The translations under genes and the position numbers were made by a program. From NCBI GenBank assembly GCA_018814765.1, contig JAHIZJ010000085.1:1-62560 (forward strand): a stretch of DNA of 62,560 bases. Reading direction: 5' to 3'. The notes beneath the pieces were generated by a model that saw only the letters and a program-made list of their open reading frames with translations, had not been told where the DNA came from and ran no database searches. How positions within the stretch are numbered: position 1 is the first letter of the stretch; the number at the start of each line of letters is the position of its first letter. This document shows, piece after piece, positions 1 to 8,910 of the stretch. This DNA is from Patescibacteria group bacterium (lineage in GTDB: Bacteria > Patescibacteriota > Patescibacteriia > JAHIZJ01).

Positions 1-251
1 ACTGAGAAGGTAACAATCCTATAACTATGGATTGTAAAGTTTTGCTTTACTAAGTTGGTTTTTGATTTTATGATAAAGTATCTGGTATCTCCAGAGTAAG
101 TAGGTCCTTGAATAACCCGCTATTCGCTTTGCAAGAGTAATGATATGGGTTAAATAGTGGCTACAGTGGGATTCTTTACATTGGCTAAAGAAAGTGTTTA
201 TTCCTTTTATTTATTTTCACATACAGACCTTAAGAATTATTCTCTGTAAAG

Positions 252-281
252 AAAAAGACGAGACCTTGGTGGAATCTCGTC
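252..281 (-). terminator. Rho-independent terminator of the 296..850 gene
   Basis: 7-bp stem GACGAGA (257-263) / TCTCGTC (275-281). The preceding + strand A-run gives a U-run on the minus transcript. Lies directly 3' of the TGA stop at 296-298. Confidence 0.6.
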
Positions 282-295
282 CGTATTTGTTACTC

Positions 296-850
296 TCAAT
301 CATCATCTTCGTAATACCGATCACTCGTAGCGGCACCTCCAACCAAGGCGGCATACAGAGTATTGCCTCTAACACCCAGCTGAAGATCAGCTGGTGGGAA
401 CGGAATAGATGGGATGAAGCCAGGTGTTAGTTCATTGATTATCTGAACTAGGCCACACTGTATGCCTCGATCAATTTCTCCCTTGAATCCACTGGAGAGT
501 TCTCCGCCCATACCCCCGTAGATTCCCAGGCGCCTAATGACACGGTAGTATCCGTAGACACCAATTTGCCCCTCGGTTTGATCAGCCCTGCTCCCGGTGG
601 CTAGATATGGTCCAACTTCGATGTGTTGTAAAGAGATTGGACCAATTCTAATGTGGGGTAATAACAACAGAAAATGACCCTGGCCAACGATCATGATGGC
701 ATCGTCGCCGAATTGGTCTTCCGACACCCCAAACAAACCTCTGACACCGACATTCTTTGGTGCTTTTGAGGTACCCGCCTCGGCACAAACTAATATCGGT
801 GTCAGGAGTAAAAGAAGCGCTACAATACCTAGAATGATCGACCTTTTCAC
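296..850 (-). CDS. Secreted hypothetical protein (signal peptide, Gly/beta-rich)
   Basis: GTG start preceded by AGGAGG with a 5-nt spacer. N-terminus MKRSIILGIVALLLLLTPILVCAEA looks like a signal peptide. No family recognised. Visibly GC-richer than its neighbours. Confidence 0.6.
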   Translation of the reverse strand: MKRSIILGIVALLLLLTPILVCAEAGTSKAPKNVGVRGLFGVSEDQFGDDAIMIVGQGHFLLLLPHIRIGPISLQHIEVGPYLATGSRADQTEGQIGVYGYYRVIRRLGIYGGMGGELSSGFKGEIDRGIQCGLVQIINELTPGFIPSIPFPPADLQLGVRGNTLYAALVGGAATSDRYYEDDD

Positions 851-981
851 GACATCCTCCTATTTTTCGTGTGAAAAGAATATCTAAAGGACAGCAGGTT
901 ATCGTAGCATACGATTTTATTTAATGTAAAGCTGGAAATGGTGTTGTTTTCGATAATATATTGTGATACAATAATTAAGAT

Positions 982-2655
982 ATGACAACACGGAATAAAG
1001 TCTGGATTGCGTTTATATTTATCATTATCCTAGCTGGATTGGCTGGGATTGTTGATTATCCAAAGGGTCCTGATCTAAAAATTGGAGACTGGACAAAAGA
1101 ACTAAAAGTACGACTCGGACTTGATTTACAGGGCGGAACACACCTAGTCTATGAGGCAGATGTGGCCAGTATACCTGTAGCTGATCGCACCTCTTCACTC
1201 GAAGGTGTACGTGACGTGATAGAACGTCGAGTAAATGCCTTTGGTATTTCCGAACCAGTTGTTCAAACAAGCAAGGTAGGCGATAGTTGGCGAGTAATCG
1301 TCGAGTTGGCTGGTGTTTTTGATATCAACGAAGCGATTCAGCAGATTGGCGAAACACCATTGCTAGAATTTCGGGAGCAAGCAGAGCCTGAGCCTTATAC
1401 TGATGAACAGCTCAGCGCTATCCGAGCACTCAATGAAGAATCAAAGAATAAAGCTAATGCTGTATTAGAAGAAGCATTATTACCTGAAGCAGATTTTACA
1501 GCATTAGCTAACCAATACTCTGAAGATCCATCAAATGTTAGTAATCAAAACGGTGGAGATTTGAACTTCTTTTTTATAGGTCAGATGGTTCCTGAATTTG
1601 AAGAGGTAGTCTTTAATCAAATGCAGGTAGGAGAGACGTATCCCGAGCTGGTAGAGACGCAATTTGGTTATCATATTATAAGAAAAACCGATGAGAGAAC
1701 AACCGGCGAAGGCGAAGAAGCAGTTGTCGAAGCCAGGGCCAGCCATATATTATTCCGCAAGCAATCAGAAGAGCCAACCGCTGCACCTGAATTTGTTAAT
1801 ACTGATTTATCAGGAAAACAGCTAGAGCGCGCTGAAGTACAATTTGATCCTAATACCGGTTCTCCTCAGGTGGCTTTAAAGTTCGATAGCGAGGGTAAAG
1901 ATTTATTCGCTGAAATAACAAAAAGAAACTTAGGGCAGGTTGTTGGTATCTACCTTGATGGTTCACCGATTAGTCAGCCAGTTGTTCAGAACGAGATTAC
2001 TTCGGGAGAAGCAGTTATCACTGGATCATTTACGTTACAGGAGTCCAAGACCTTAGCTCAGCGTCTAAATTCTGGTGCATTGCCAGTACCGGTTGAGCTG
2101 ATTAACCAACAGAACATTGGTGCATCTCTGGGCAAGGTGTCAGTGGAACGGAGCCTCTTGGCTGGGCTTATTGGATTGGCCTTTGTGGCGTTATTTATGG
2201 TTGTATATTATCGCCTACCTGGATTATTAGCTGTTATTGCTTTGGTTATCTATTCAATGATTGTTCTAGCTATATTCAAACTTTGGTCAGTGACTTTGAC
2301 ATTAGCCGGTGTGGCTGGATTTATACTTTCTATTGGTATGGCTGTGGACGCAAACGTGCTGATATTTGAACGTATTAAAGAAGAATTAAAGCTGGGCAAG
2401 CCATTGGGGAGCGCTATTGAAGAGGGCTTCAAACGTGCTTGGCTATCAATCCGTGATTCAAATATTTCCAGCTTGATTACTTGTTTTATTCTAATGTGGT
2501 TTGGCTCCAGCTTGATAAAAGGTTTTGCCGTTACATTGTCGCTTGGAATAGTTGTGAGTATGTTTTCAGCCATTACAATAACCAGAACATTTTTGCGATT
2601 GATAGCAAGTGATTGGTTAGCTAGGCATAAGGGATTATTAGGAGTAAAAAAATAA
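982..2655 (+). CDS. secD: Protein translocase subunit SecD with an inserted parvulin-like PPIase segment
   Basis: N-terminal TM segment, a P1-loop segment (LGLDLQGGTHLVYEAD) and a C-terminal 5-TM SecD/F block (GFILSIGMAVDANVLIFERIKEE). Residues about 169-236 read GGDLNFFFIGQMVPEFE...FGYHIIRK, a rotamase signature. Confidence 0.9.
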   Translation: MTTRNKVWIAFIFIIILAGLAGIVDYPKGPDLKIGDWTKELKVRLGLDLQGGTHLVYEADVASIPVADRTSSLEGVRDVIERRVNAFGISEPVVQTSKVGDSWRVIVELAGVFDINEAIQQIGETPLLEFREQAEPEPYTDEQLSAIRALNEESKNKANAVLEEALLPEADFTALANQYSEDPSNVSNQNGGDLNFFFIGQMVPEFEEVVFNQMQVGETYPELVETQFGYHIIRKTDERTTGEGEEAVVEARASHILFRKQSEEPTAAPEFVNTDLSGKQLERAEVQFDPNTGSPQVALKFDSEGKDLFAEITKRNLGQVVGIYLDGSPISQPVVQNEITSGEAVITGSFTLQESKTLAQRLNSGALPVPVELINQQNIGASLGKVSVERSLLAGLIGLAFVALFMVVYYRLPGLLAVIALVIYSMIVLAIFKLWSVTLTLAGVAGFILSIGMAVDANVLIFERIKEELKLGKPLGSAIEEGFKRAWLSIRDSNISSLITCFILMWFGSSLIKGFAVTLSLGIVVSMFSAITITRTFLRLIASDWLARHKGLLGVKK

Positions 2656-3548
2656 TGTACCAAATAATAAAAAAAAGCAAAATCTGGTATATCATTTCAG
2701 CGGTGTTTATAGTCCCTGGAATTGTATTTATTTTACTGGGTGGCCTAAAGCTTAACATTGATTTCACAGGAGGTACGCTCTGGAAGTTAAATTTTGATAC
2801 AAACAGATCAACAGCACAGGATGTTAGTGTTTATCTTGAAGAGTATGATCTGGGCGAAACAACAATACAGCCAACAAGTGACTCCAGCCTGGCAATACGT
2901 ATGAAGCCCATTGATAATGAAACTCGTCAGACCATTTTAACCTCTTTAAATGAAAAGTATGAAGGAGTTGAAGAGGAGAGCTTTGAGTCAATTGGTCCAA
3001 CTATCGGGGATGAATTAAAACGACGTGCTATGGTGGCAATCATTATAGTTTTGATATTTATTATTTTATACATTAATTGGGCATTTCGTAAAATATCAAA
3101 ATCTTCAGCTATACCAAGCTGGGCGATGGGCTTGTCTGCTATAGCGGCACTGGCACATGATATATTATTTGTGGTTGGTGCGTTTGCTTTTATGGGCCAT
3201 TTCTTTGGTATCGAGGTGGGTGCTCTTTTTGTCACAGCCCTTCTAACTATTTTAGGGTTTTCTGTTCATGATACTATTGTGGTCTATGATCGGGTTAGAG
3301 AAAACGTTATCTATGGGACCGATAGTAGCTTTGAAGAAACAGTAAACCGCAGTGTTAATCAAACGATCGTGCGATCTCTTAATACATCTTTTACCACATT
3401 ATTTGTTCTACTGGCCCTGTATCTCTTTGGAGGGGAGTCTATTAGGATGTTTGTTTTTGCAATGATATTGGGAATTGTTACAGGAACCTATTCATCAATA
3501 TTTATTGCCAGTCCATTATTAGTAATATGGCAGAAACTTAGAAAGTAG
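2655..3548 (+). CDS. secF: Protein translocase subunit SecF
   Basis: ATG overlaps the secD stop (TAATG). Motifs LNIDFTGGT and HDTIVVYDRVREN, six predicted TM segments, typical SecF length. Confidence 0.9.
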   Translation: MYQIIKKSKIWYIISAVFIVPGIVFILLGGLKLNIDFTGGTLWKLNFDTNRSTAQDVSVYLEEYDLGETTIQPTSDSSLAIRMKPIDNETRQTILTSLNEKYEGVEEESFESIGPTIGDELKRRAMVAIIIVLIFIILYINWAFRKISKSSAIPSWAMGLSAIAALAHDILFVVGAFAFMGHFFGIEVGALFVTALLTILGFSVHDTIVVYDRVRENVIYGTDSSFEETVNRSVNQTIVRSLNTSFTTLFVLLALYLFGGESIRMFVFAMILGIVTGTYSSIFIASPLLVIWQKLRK

Positions 3549-3630
3549 CAATTAACAAACTGTTTAAATGCCCAGTTATCTGTTTTATTGTTTGTTACTT
3601 GTTATTTATTAATTATTAATTAATCCGGGC

Positions 3631-3652
3631 TTGCCAATATGGCAGTTTTTTT
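3631..3652 (+). terminator. Weak Rho-independent terminator after secF
   Basis: Stem TTGCCA/TGGCAG with a 3-nt loop, followed by a T7 run. Confidence 0.45.
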
Positions 3653-3667
3653 GTTAAATAATAATGC

Positions 3668-3696
3668 TTGACACATTATGTTACTTATGCTATACT
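3668..3696 (+). promoter_or_regulatory. Sigma-70-type promoter P1 upstream of 3805 operon
   Basis: TTGACA (3668-3673), 17-nt spacer, TATACT (3691-3696). Confidence 0.55.
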
Positions 3697-3718
3697 AAAA
3701 ATATCAATAAAGAGAAGC

Positions 3719-3761
3719 TTGACGAAATATCGATAATGTATTAATATCATTCGTTCGTCAA
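3719..3761 (+). promoter_or_regulatory. Second promoter-like element P2 enclosed by an 8-bp inverted repeat
   Basis: TTGACG (3719-3724), 17-nt spacer, TAATAT (3742-3747). The inverted repeat TTGACGAA (3719-3726) / TTCGTCAA (3754-3761) brackets it and may be an operator. Confidence 0.4.
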
Positions 3762-3804
3762 TTTTAGCCAGTAAATTGCTTTATTACATCTAATATTAAG
3801 AAAA

Positions 3805-4962
3805 ATGGAAGATTCTATACTCGACAAAGTAATATCGAGCAAACAAAGCCAAGAATTAAGAGAGTTTAATCCCCCAGAGACTGTGGCTGCTTTATTGAAG
3901 CAATTAACCGATAAAGAAGAGGACATTTTAAGACGCCGATACGGATTAAATGGTAAGCATAAGCAAACCCTAGAGGAAATTGGAAAATTCTATAATTTAA
4001 CTCGTGAACGTATTAGGCAGGTTGAAAGTACAGCCATAAAGAAGCTCAAGGCTTTGAAAAACTTCTCTGACTTAATTGAGGGAATTGATCATACAATAAA
4101 ATCAGTCTTAGAGCAGAATGGTGGCGCTATTTCAAAAGAGCATTTAGTTGAACAATTATTTGAATTTACAACAGATACACCAGTTAGTCGTCAGTCGGTT
4201 ACATTTATTATTTCAAAGCTACTAAGTGACAGGTTTTTAAATCAACCCGCTACAAGCTATTTTCGTTCATCGTGGCGTTTGCCCAGTGTCTCTATAGACA
4301 GTATTCGTAAGGTGATTGACAACATGATTGTTATAATCAGTGAAAAAAATCATCCTATGACTGAACAGGAAATAACCAAAGCTTATTGGCAAAGGTATCC
4401 TAATGATGGCGCTAACGTGGATTCAAGTTTGGATGACCATGCTTTGATTGGCTACATAACCATGAGCCAAAAAATTGATCGCAACCCATTTAATGATTAT
4501 GGTTTAACTGGCTGGGGTACTATTGTTCCGCGTAGAATGAACGATAAAATATATTTGGTTTTGAAGAAAGAGGGAAAGCCTATGCATTTTATTAAAATTG
4601 CTGAGCGTATTAATAAGATTAACTTTGATAAACGTAGAGCTTACCCACCGACAGTTCACAATGAATTAATATTAAATGATCGCTATGTTCTAGTCGGTCG
4701 TGGAATATATGCTCTAAAAGAGTGGGGCTATAAGCCTGGTGTTGTGGCAGATGTGATTACACAGATACTAAAGAAAAATGGCGAACCTATGAAGCGTAAA
4801 GATATTGTTGAAGAAGTGTTAGGCCAACGTATGGTAAAAAATAATACTATCCATTTAGCTTTAACTGATACAAGTAAATTTAAACGTTTACCAGACGGAC
4901 GATATGGCTTAGTTGATGAGGCCATTGTTGAAACATCTGATTCTGCAAAAACAAACACATAA
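3805..4962 (+). CDS. Sigma-70 region-4 domain protein with C-terminal HARE-HTH-like repeats
   Basis: Residues about 25-85 (LTDKEEDILRRRYGLNGKHKQTLEEIGKFYNLTRERIRQVESTAIKKLK) match the RpoD region 4.2 consensus. I see no region 2. Two or three C-terminal segments resemble the RNAP-delta/HARE-HTH winged helix (KKEGKPMHFIKIAERI...GRGIYALKEWGY; LKKNGEPMKRKDIVEEVL...DGRYGL). Confidence 0.7.
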   Translation: MEDSILDKVISSKQSQELREFNPPETVAALLKQLTDKEEDILRRRYGLNGKHKQTLEEIGKFYNLTRERIRQVESTAIKKLKALKNFSDLIEGIDHTIKSVLEQNGGAISKEHLVEQLFEFTTDTPVSRQSVTFIISKLLSDRFLNQPATSYFRSSWRLPSVSIDSIRKVIDNMIVIISEKNHPMTEQEITKAYWQRYPNDGANVDSSLDDHALIGYITMSQKIDRNPFNDYGLTGWGTIVPRRMNDKIYLVLKKEGKPMHFIKIAERINKINFDKRRAYPPTVHNELILNDRYVLVGRGIYALKEWGYKPGVVADVITQILKKNGEPMKRKDIVEEVLGQRMVKNNTIHLALTDTSKFKRLPDGRYGLVDEAIVETSDSAKTNT

Positions 4963-4977
4963 AGTACAAATAATATT

Positions 4978-6477
4978 ATGCCATTCGAAATAGGTTTCAG
5001 CGGATCTTCGGTCACTGAAAATATACTGCCATTTACTTACTTTTGGCGTTTTTTTATTGAGGGCGGATGGATATTTTTCGGTATAGCTCTTATAATAATT
5101 GGTTATAGATTTTGGCTACTCAGAAAGCGTGAGGCCTTTATTAGATCAAAGAATTTTATATTGTTAGCCATTGATGTGCCACGCGAGATTGAACCAAATC
5201 TAAAAGCGATCGAACATATTTATTCACAGTTTGCAGGTATCTATTCCGAACCAAACCATGTTGAAAAATATCTTAAAGGAAAAGTACAACTTTATCTAAG
5301 TCTAGAGCTGGTAAGTATCGGCGGCTACATACAATTTATCATTCGTACGCCGGATAAATACCGTGATTTGGTTGAAGCTGCTTTTTATGCGCAGTATCCC
5401 GAAGCTGTCATAACTGAGGTGGAGGACTATACTGATGGAGCGGTAGAGAAGTTCCCCAATGATAAATATGAACTCTATGGTTCGGGGATAGCTTTTAATA
5501 AACCAAGTCCCTATCCGATAAAAACATACATTGCATTTGAACACAGCCTGTCGCAGGCACTGGCTGATCCAATGGCTTCTTTGTTGGAAATTCTGAGTAA
5601 AATAAAACAAGGGGAGCAGATTTGGATACAACTAGTTATCCGTCCGAAAGAAAAGAAAGATTGGCTAGATGAAGCCCAAAGGATTGTTAATAAAATTGTC
5701 GGAGAAAAAGTAGAAGCAAAAAATGCATTTGGACCACTTGGTGCCATAACGCGTGGCGCATTTCAAACCGTTACAGCCTCTCTTGTAGAATCGAACGTGG
5801 AAGAACAAAAGCAGAAAGATGGTCCAAAAAATTGGTTGATGCAGCTGACACCGGGTGAAAGATCCGTTGTGGAGGCGATTCAACTAAAGATCGCAAAAAA
5901 AGCCTATGAAACCAAATTTCGCTATATCTACCTGGCTGAAAAAGAGGTGGTTAACAAGGGTATTGGTATAAATGCTATGTTTGGCGCGTTACATCAGTTT
6001 AGTGCAATGGACCTGAATAGTTTTAGGCCGGACAAACGGACTTTTACCAAAACTAATTTCATATTCTTCTCAAAGAGTCGTTTAGCCAGAAGACAAAGGC
6101 AATTGATGAAAAATTTTAAAATGCGACAGCCGGGTCATGGTATTATCTTGAATACGGAAGAGCTGGCCAGTATTTTTCATTTCCCGACAGAAAATGTTAA
6201 AGCTCCATTGGTTAAAAAAATAGATAGCAAGCGTGGTGAACCGCCTGTCGGCTTACCCATGGAAGCCGGATACTCTCCGTTAAAATCGGTGGCTAGTGTC
6301 CCACAAGCAGAACCGGCTCCACCAGCACATACCCCTGCGCCTATGGCTCCACAGAGTGAGTCAATACCAGCACCTAGAGAACAATCGGATATTCCTACTG
6401 ACATACCTACAAAAAGAGAAACTCCACCTAGTCGTGCGGGAACAAATCAACCGCCACCTAACCTTCCTTTTGAATAA
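4978..6477 (+). CDS. Membrane-anchored uncharacterised protein, N-terminal partner of the VirD4/TraG-like ATPase
   Basis: One or two N-terminal TM segments. Clearly homologous to the N-terminal half of the 28535..31087 protein (YAQYPEAVITEVEDY vs QAQYPDAEVQQVEDY; DPMASLLEILSKIK...IQLVIRP vs DPMNALTNVLSQIK...IQILIRP; NTEELASIFHFP vs NTEELTSIFHLP). Pro-rich tail of about 60 aa. Confidence 0.8.
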   Translation: MPFEIGFSGSSVTENILPFTYFWRFFIEGGWIFFGIALIIIGYRFWLLRKREAFIRSKNFILLAIDVPREIEPNLKAIEHIYSQFAGIYSEPNHVEKYLKGKVQLYLSLELVSIGGYIQFIIRTPDKYRDLVEAAFYAQYPEAVITEVEDYTDGAVEKFPNDKYELYGSGIAFNKPSPYPIKTYIAFEHSLSQALADPMASLLEILSKIKQGEQIWIQLVIRPKEKKDWLDEAQRIVNKIVGEKVEAKNAFGPLGAITRGAFQTVTASLVESNVEEQKQKDGPKNWLMQLTPGERSVVEAIQLKIAKKAYETKFRYIYLAEKEVVNKGIGINAMFGALHQFSAMDLNSFRPDKRTFTKTNFIFFSKSRLARRQRQLMKNFKMRQPGHGIILNTEELASIFHFPTENVKAPLVKKIDSKRGEPPVGLPMEAGYSPLKSVASVPQAEPAPPAHTPAPMAPQSESIPAPREQSDIPTDIPTKRETPPSRAGTNQPPPNLPFE

Positions 6478-6479
6478 TT

Positions 6480-8138
6480 ATGGCAGAAGCTAACGTTCCA
6501 AATGATAATGTAACACTCTTCGCTGAAACAAATTATAGAAACCAGCGCAGAAGTTTTGGTATTAAGCTAGACGACCGCCGCCGCCACATGTATGTAATCG
6601 GAAAAACTGGCATGGGGAAAACAACCATGCTGGAAAATATGATAATCTCTGATATCAGGGCTGGGCATGGTGTTGCCGTGGTTGACCCCCATGGTGACTT
6701 GGTAGAGGAAATTATTGACTACATACCTCCAAGGCGAATAAATGATATAGTCTACTTTAATCCTTCGGACATTGATTATCCGATCGCTTTTAATGTTCTA
6801 GAGTCAGTTAATCCCGTACACAGGCATTTGGTGGCGTCGGGTTTATTAGGTGTGTTCAAAAAAATATGGGCTGATTCTTGGGGTCCTCGGCTGGAGTATG
6901 TATTGCGTAATACTATACTTACATTACTGGAATATCCCGGTTCCACTCTGCTTGGGATTACCCGTTTATTGGTAGATGACAAATATCGAAAAAAAGTTCT
7001 GGAAAATTTAAATGACCCCATTCTAAAAGCTTTTTGGATAGATGAATATGGTGCTTACAGCAATCAGTTTAGAACTGAAGCGATTTCTCCTATTCAGAAT
7101 AAGGTTGGTCAGTTTTTATCAAGCTCAATAATCCGTAATATTGTCGGTCAAACAAAAAGCTCCATAGACATGAGAGATATTATGGATTCAAAAAAAATAC
7201 TCTTGCTTAATCTATCAAAAGGACGCATAGGTGAAGACAATTCGGCTCTATTGGGCGCAATGATGATTACAAAGCTCCAGTTGGCAGCTATGAGCCGTGT
7301 TGATATTGAAGAGGACGAAAGAAAAGACTTTTTTCTATATGTTGATGAATTTCAGAACTTTGCCACTGAAAGTTTTGCCAATATTCTATCTGAAGCCAGA
7401 AAATACAGACTTAATCTTATAATTGCCCACCAGTATATTGAACAGATTGATGAAATAGTCAGAGCTGCAGTCTTTGGTAATGTAGGTACGCTGGTGAGCT
7501 TCCGTATAGGTGCGGCTGATGCTGAGTTTTTAGAAAAGGAATTTGAGCCTGTTTTCACTATGAACGATCTGGTGAATTTAACAAAATATGAAGTATACCT
7601 GAAGCTTATGATTGATGGTATGGCATCTGAGCCATTTTCAGCAAAAGGACTGCCACCACTCTTGGGAGACAAACCAGAGGATAATCGCGGCAAGGTAATA
7701 AATATTTCGCGTGAGCGGTATGCTAACCAACGTAGTGTTGTTGAAGATAAAATAATGCGCTGGACAGGAATGCATGAGGACCAGCAACCAGAGAAAAACA
7801 GCCAAGTAAGTGGTACGGACAAAAAAAATAACAGAAAACCCGAAAGACGAAATAATTTTTCCAACAATCAGAAAGGCCGATTTTCTAAAAATGATTCACC
7901 AAGACGCCCAGCACCAAGTTATACAAATACCAAGAAGGAAGAAGTGCGGGTTATTGAAGAGAAAGTCACTACACAGCCAGCCATAAGCCTACAAGAGGCG
8001 GTTACTCGTGAGCCGGTTTCGTTTAAGAATAGACGTAAGCCATCTCAGAATAGGCCTGATAATCGCAAGGAAAATCCAAGAGGACCTAGCGGGAATACAC
8101 AAAAGAGTATACGGCCCGACGAGGTAGTACGTTTTTAG
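6480..8138 (+). CDS. VirD4/TraG/TraD-like P-loop NTPase (type IV coupling-protein family), soluble form
   Basis: Walker A GKTGMGKTT (nt 6600-6626), DPHGDL motif, Walker B-like LYVDEFQNF, SEARKYRLNLIIAHQY. Lys/Arg-rich disordered C-terminal tail of about 110 aa. The start lies 2 nt after the upstream stop. Confidence 0.75.
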   Translation: MAEANVPNDNVTLFAETNYRNQRRSFGIKLDDRRRHMYVIGKTGMGKTTMLENMIISDIRAGHGVAVVDPHGDLVEEIIDYIPPRRINDIVYFNPSDIDYPIAFNVLESVNPVHRHLVASGLLGVFKKIWADSWGPRLEYVLRNTILTLLEYPGSTLLGITRLLVDDKYRKKVLENLNDPILKAFWIDEYGAYSNQFRTEAISPIQNKVGQFLSSSIIRNIVGQTKSSIDMRDIMDSKKILLLNLSKGRIGEDNSALLGAMMITKLQLAAMSRVDIEEDERKDFFLYVDEFQNFATESFANILSEARKYRLNLIIAHQYIEQIDEIVRAAVFGNVGTLVSFRIGAADAEFLEKEFEPVFTMNDLVNLTKYEVYLKLMIDGMASEPFSAKGLPPLLGDKPEDNRGKVINISRERYANQRSVVEDKIMRWTGMHEDQQPEKNSQVSGTDKKNNRKPERRNNFSNNQKGRFSKNDSPRRPAPSYTNTKKEEVRVIEEKVTTQPAISLQEAVTREPVSFKNRRKPSQNRPDNRKENPRGPSGNTQKSIRPDEVVRF

Positions 8139-8147
8139 ATACCAAAA

Positions 8148-8681
8148 ATGAAAAATTATATCCTAATCAGTACATTAGTAATATTTCTTTTTTTACCTCG
8201 AGTAGTTAAGGCCGAAACGCCTGTCGAGTTGTATTATTTTTATGAAAATGATTGTTCTGCCTGCTCTGACATGAGTGATACTCTGGAGTTTCTCAGGAAC
8301 AAATATACTGGGACCATGATTAGTAGATTTGATGTTACTGATGACTTGGTCAAGCGAACAATTTTTAATGACTTGTTGGATATTTATCGTGAACCACAGA
8401 CCTCAGTGCCGACAGTATTTGTGGGTAGTGATGTGTTTGTCGGTTACACAGCTCTATCAACAAATGAGATTGAGACAGCTATACAATACTGCCAATTGAA
8501 TAACTGCCCTTCACCCAGCGAATTACTAAAAGACTATTACGCCAGTCTTTCAGGGGAAGAGACAGACAATACCAGCAAGATAGTATTCTGGACAATTTTT
8601 ATAGTAGCTTGGCCATTATTGGGAGCAGTTGCCGTGATTATCGTTTTAAGGAAATATAAAGATAAGGATATACAAGGATAG
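8148..8681 (+). CDS. Exported thioredoxin/glutaredoxin-like CxxC protein with C-terminal TM anchor
   Basis: Signal peptide MKNYILISTLVIFLFLPRVVKA, CSAC motif in a YYFYENDCSACSD context, C-terminal hydrophobic helix IVFWTIFIVAWPLLGAVAVIIVL. Confidence 0.6.
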   Translation: MKNYILISTLVIFLFLPRVVKAETPVELYYFYENDCSACSDMSDTLEFLRNKYTGTMISRFDVTDDLVKRTIFNDLLDIYREPQTSVPTVFVGSDVFVGYTALSTNEIETAIQYCQLNNCPSPSELLKDYYASLSGEETDNTSKIVFWTIFIVAWPLLGAVAVIIVLRKYKDKDIQG

Positions 8682-8718
8682 CACAATATTTATTTGTGTC
8701 TGTAGGGTTAGTATTAAT

Positions 8719-8776
8719 AAAAAAACAGGCGAGGATGGCCCTTCTTCGCTTAAGTTACGAAGGGCAGGTTATCCTC
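8719..8776 (-). other. GC-rich interrupted hairpin with minus-strand terminator geometry
   Basis: GAGGAT (8731-8736) / ATCCTC (8771-8776) enclose GCCCTTC (8738-8744) / GAAGGGC (8759-8765). An A7 run on the + strand lies directly upstream, giving a U-run after the hairpin on the minus strand. Confidence 0.4.
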
Positions 8777-8832
8777 TCTTAGGTGAAAATAGAAGAAAAC
8801 TTCCTACCGTTAAATAAGCGGTTTTTTATTAC

Positions 8833-8860
8833 TTGAAAATATAACGTAATGTATTATACT
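8833..8860 (+). promoter_or_regulatory. Promoter of the 8911 gene
   Basis: TTGAAA (8833-8838), 16-nt spacer, TATACT (8855-8860). Confidence 0.5.
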
Positions 8861-8910
8861 AAGGTTATCATGGTTCATTTGTAAACCAATTTCGGGAGGA
8901 GGGCAGGAAG

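Noticed and set aside
1-251. Possible gene or RNA at the extreme 5' end of the window.
   Set aside because: I found no convincing open frame, motif or structure. It is likely an intergenic or promoter region plus the terminator of the 296..850 gene, and the context is truncated.
7352-7867. Long antisense or alternative-frame ORFs in the track. Examples: 1025..1270-, 2250..2663-, 2927..3235-, 5302..5883-, 7352..7867-, 26253..26723+, 27353..27853, 28047..28647-, 40438..40811, 46935..47348-, 47595..48195-, 48731..49161, 52218..52556+, 53719..53991+, 56298..56627+.
   Set aside because: Each lies entirely inside a longer ORF on the other strand or frame that has clear family motifs. They lack SDs and have odd composition. 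I treat them as shadow ORFs typical of AT-rich DNA.
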